Origin: Curvularia clavata
Lineage: Eukaryota
NCBI GenBank assembly: GCA_023920165.1
Contig: CP089274.1
Location: 2,914,001-2,978,000, forward strand
DNA: 64,000 bases
Direction: 5' to 3'
Shown here piece after piece: positions 62,262 to 64,000 of the stretch (position 1 is the stretch's first letter; every line of letters starts with the position of its first letter). The notes under the pieces were generated by a model. The model did no database searches. It saw nothing but the letters and a program-made list of their open reading frames with translations, and was not told the DNA's origin. The position numbers and the translations under genes are program-made.

Positions 62262-63388
62262 CATGTTGTTCATACAGAAGTGTAGCAACCCTCGTCTGCT
62301 GACGTGGGTCGAGTTGTCGCGCAAGTTGAGAAACCAATTGATTACTTCTATCTCCAGATATCGTTATCATGAAAATCTAAGATTGGTAAGACTTTATGGC
62401 GTGCTTGTATATAATGTGATGATTTGTCGTGGTTGTGTACTAGGGTGTGTTTCAGATTAAGACAGTCCACCAGGCCAAGATTCTAGGTAGCTCGGATTCG
62501 AATTTCATAATAGGTAGGTACCTAACTACATCAACCAGGTATGATAAGTTCCGTCTTGGCAAAACCCTGGTTTCTTTGCTCAAAGTGGTCACACTACAAA
62601 CAAGGTGAGAAATCTCTGCAGTGTTGTCGGTGAAGAGACAATGCCAATGGGGTGTAAAAATCTGTATGAAAATACGAGACTTTGAACATTCGATGAAGGT
62701 AAGACATGCTTATGAAGCTTGATCGCGAAAGGCGTGAAATGGTGACAGAACCGTGGGGACCAGGTGTGAGTCGTGATACACGTGCGCAAATCGCTATAAT
62801 TCTCCGATATGTCTGCCAATCATACAAGCTCATGGTTTGTCTAAGACATAGCACATGGTTAGATGGGATCCTACGAATCTCCAGAAAGCAGCGATCTACA
62901 CGGTGCGTCACGAAGGCATGTCTAGTGGTGTCTGCGAGACAACTTATGGAACCAGTGGCGCGCTATTTATTCAGAGCAAGGGCGTCGGCGAGAAATTTGG
63001 ACCGACTGATGCAGCTGAATCAATAGCAACAAATATTGCGACAGAAGGGACATGGAAATAGACGTCGCGGGTCGGTCGGCCTTACTTTGCTCCAAGGTCC
63101 TCGTCAGGTGTTACAATAGGGCAGATGTTGGCGAATGAAAGAACAGTATACTGTAGTGGTGGGTGCTTCGCATAAGGTCAGTTGATTACAGGACGACGGC
63201 TTTGGCTTCGAAATGGCCTTATAGCGCTCTGAAACGTGACAGAACCCTGGCTTTGTTTATCCATGTTGTCGTCATTATGCATTATCTACGTAGCCTTGCT
63301 ATAGGCACTAGCCAAGATTAGAAATTAGAAACGAATTATGGCACAGACGTGACAACGAACAAAAAAGAACAGTTATTGTTGACAATGC

Positions 63389-64000
63389 TCATCGTCTAAA
63401 CCAGTTCATCAGATCGCCTTTGACCGACTTCCTCAAATGCTCATTGAATCCGTAGGTGAGGGCGTTTGCCAATCCTATGAACTGCGTCGAGCATTGGAGA
63501 ATTGCCAAGACATGACTTTTGTGTCCTGAGGCTTCTACTAGGCGGTTGATAATACCGGGCGTCCAGAGAATGATATACAAAATCGGATATGCGTTCAAGA
63601 GTAGCATTCTCCTGATTTCCTTTTCCACGTTCCTTCTTTTGATTCCACTTTGTGACATGCTGGTCATGTGGCCTATAGGACCCTCTACTCCTACAGTAGT
63701 CCTACCAGCTTCAACGTCACGTTCTTTGTCCCGAGCGGGAGATGAGTCTGCAACAGGAAGAGTCAGCAAAGAACGAAAGCGGGCAAACCAGTGGTGGCTA
63801 GGCACATGTGAAAAAAGGGCAACGTACATGGTGAACTTTTGGAGGAGGACGGATCGTCTCGAGTAATCTCACTGGCGCAGCTATCCTCCTTGTCCAACTT
63901 ATGAGTAGATGGATCATCCCCTTTCTTTGTTGCCATGCTACCGTCTGAGAGCTTCACTTCGTAATGGTACTCGACATTGATCTCATGCAACTCTGTCTGA
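63389..64000 (-). CDS. 3' part of a 7-TM G-protein-coupled receptor (Git3/Gpr1- or cAMP-receptor-like); 5' end lies outside the window
   Basis: Exons >64000-63828 and 63747-63389 (intron GTACGT..GCTGAC..CAG resolves the frame change). Long hydrophilic loop, then TM6 MLLLNAYPILYIILWTPG and TM7 QFIGLANALTYG. Confidence 0.8.

Noticed and set aside
62511..62528. Near-perfect palindrome TAGGTAGGTACCTAACTA as a transposon end or hairpin
   Set aside because: Short, built from low-complexity TAGG units, and has no partner repeat or transposase nearby.
63748..63827. Frameshift or pseudogene in the GPCR
   Set aside because: An 80-nt GT-AG intron with a GCTGAC branch restores the frame.
1..64000. tRNA, rRNA, snoRNA, transposons, CRISPR arrays and TGA-CTA readthrough signals
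   Set aside because: None recognised by eye, and the stop contexts I checked lack TGA-CTA. A covariance-model scan (tRNAscan-SE, Infernal/Rfam) would be needed to exclude small RNAs.

Overview
This is eukaryotic, intron-containing DNA from a filamentous ascomycete; short ~50-nt introns with CTAAC/CTGAC branch sites and the gene content suggest a Dothideomycete/Pleosporales-type fungus, which is inference. I can support about 20 protein-coding genes, with exon structures rebuilt by hand from splice signals and frame continuity. In order: a hypothetical with a C-terminal CxxC..H..H motif that needs a GC-AG intron, a rhodanese-PTP phosphatase, ATG15, a VPS9-domain GEF, a fungal TACC/Slk19-like coiled-coil protein, a 1224-aa disordered protein, a GPI-CFEM protein, a GCIP-like protein, glucosidase II beta, a secreted phytase-like esterase, a hypothetical, a UstYa/DUF3328 oxidase, a CYP52-clan P450, Brr6/Brl1, the divergent housekeeping FAS1/FAS2 pair, a secreted astacin-like metalloprotease, an old yellow enzyme, a small RVxF-motif protein and the 3' part of a 7-TM GPCR. 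I saw no tRNA, rRNA, transposon or CRISPR array. The best leads are an orphan DUF3328 oxidase beside a CYP52-type P450 with no visible precursor or backbone gene and a 9-bp minisatellite upstream, a competing GT/GC donor that decides between a truncated and a full-length product, and an accessory-looking block right of FAS2 (astacin, OYE with a PTS1-like end, putative PP1 interactor). None of these establishes a new system from sequence alone.
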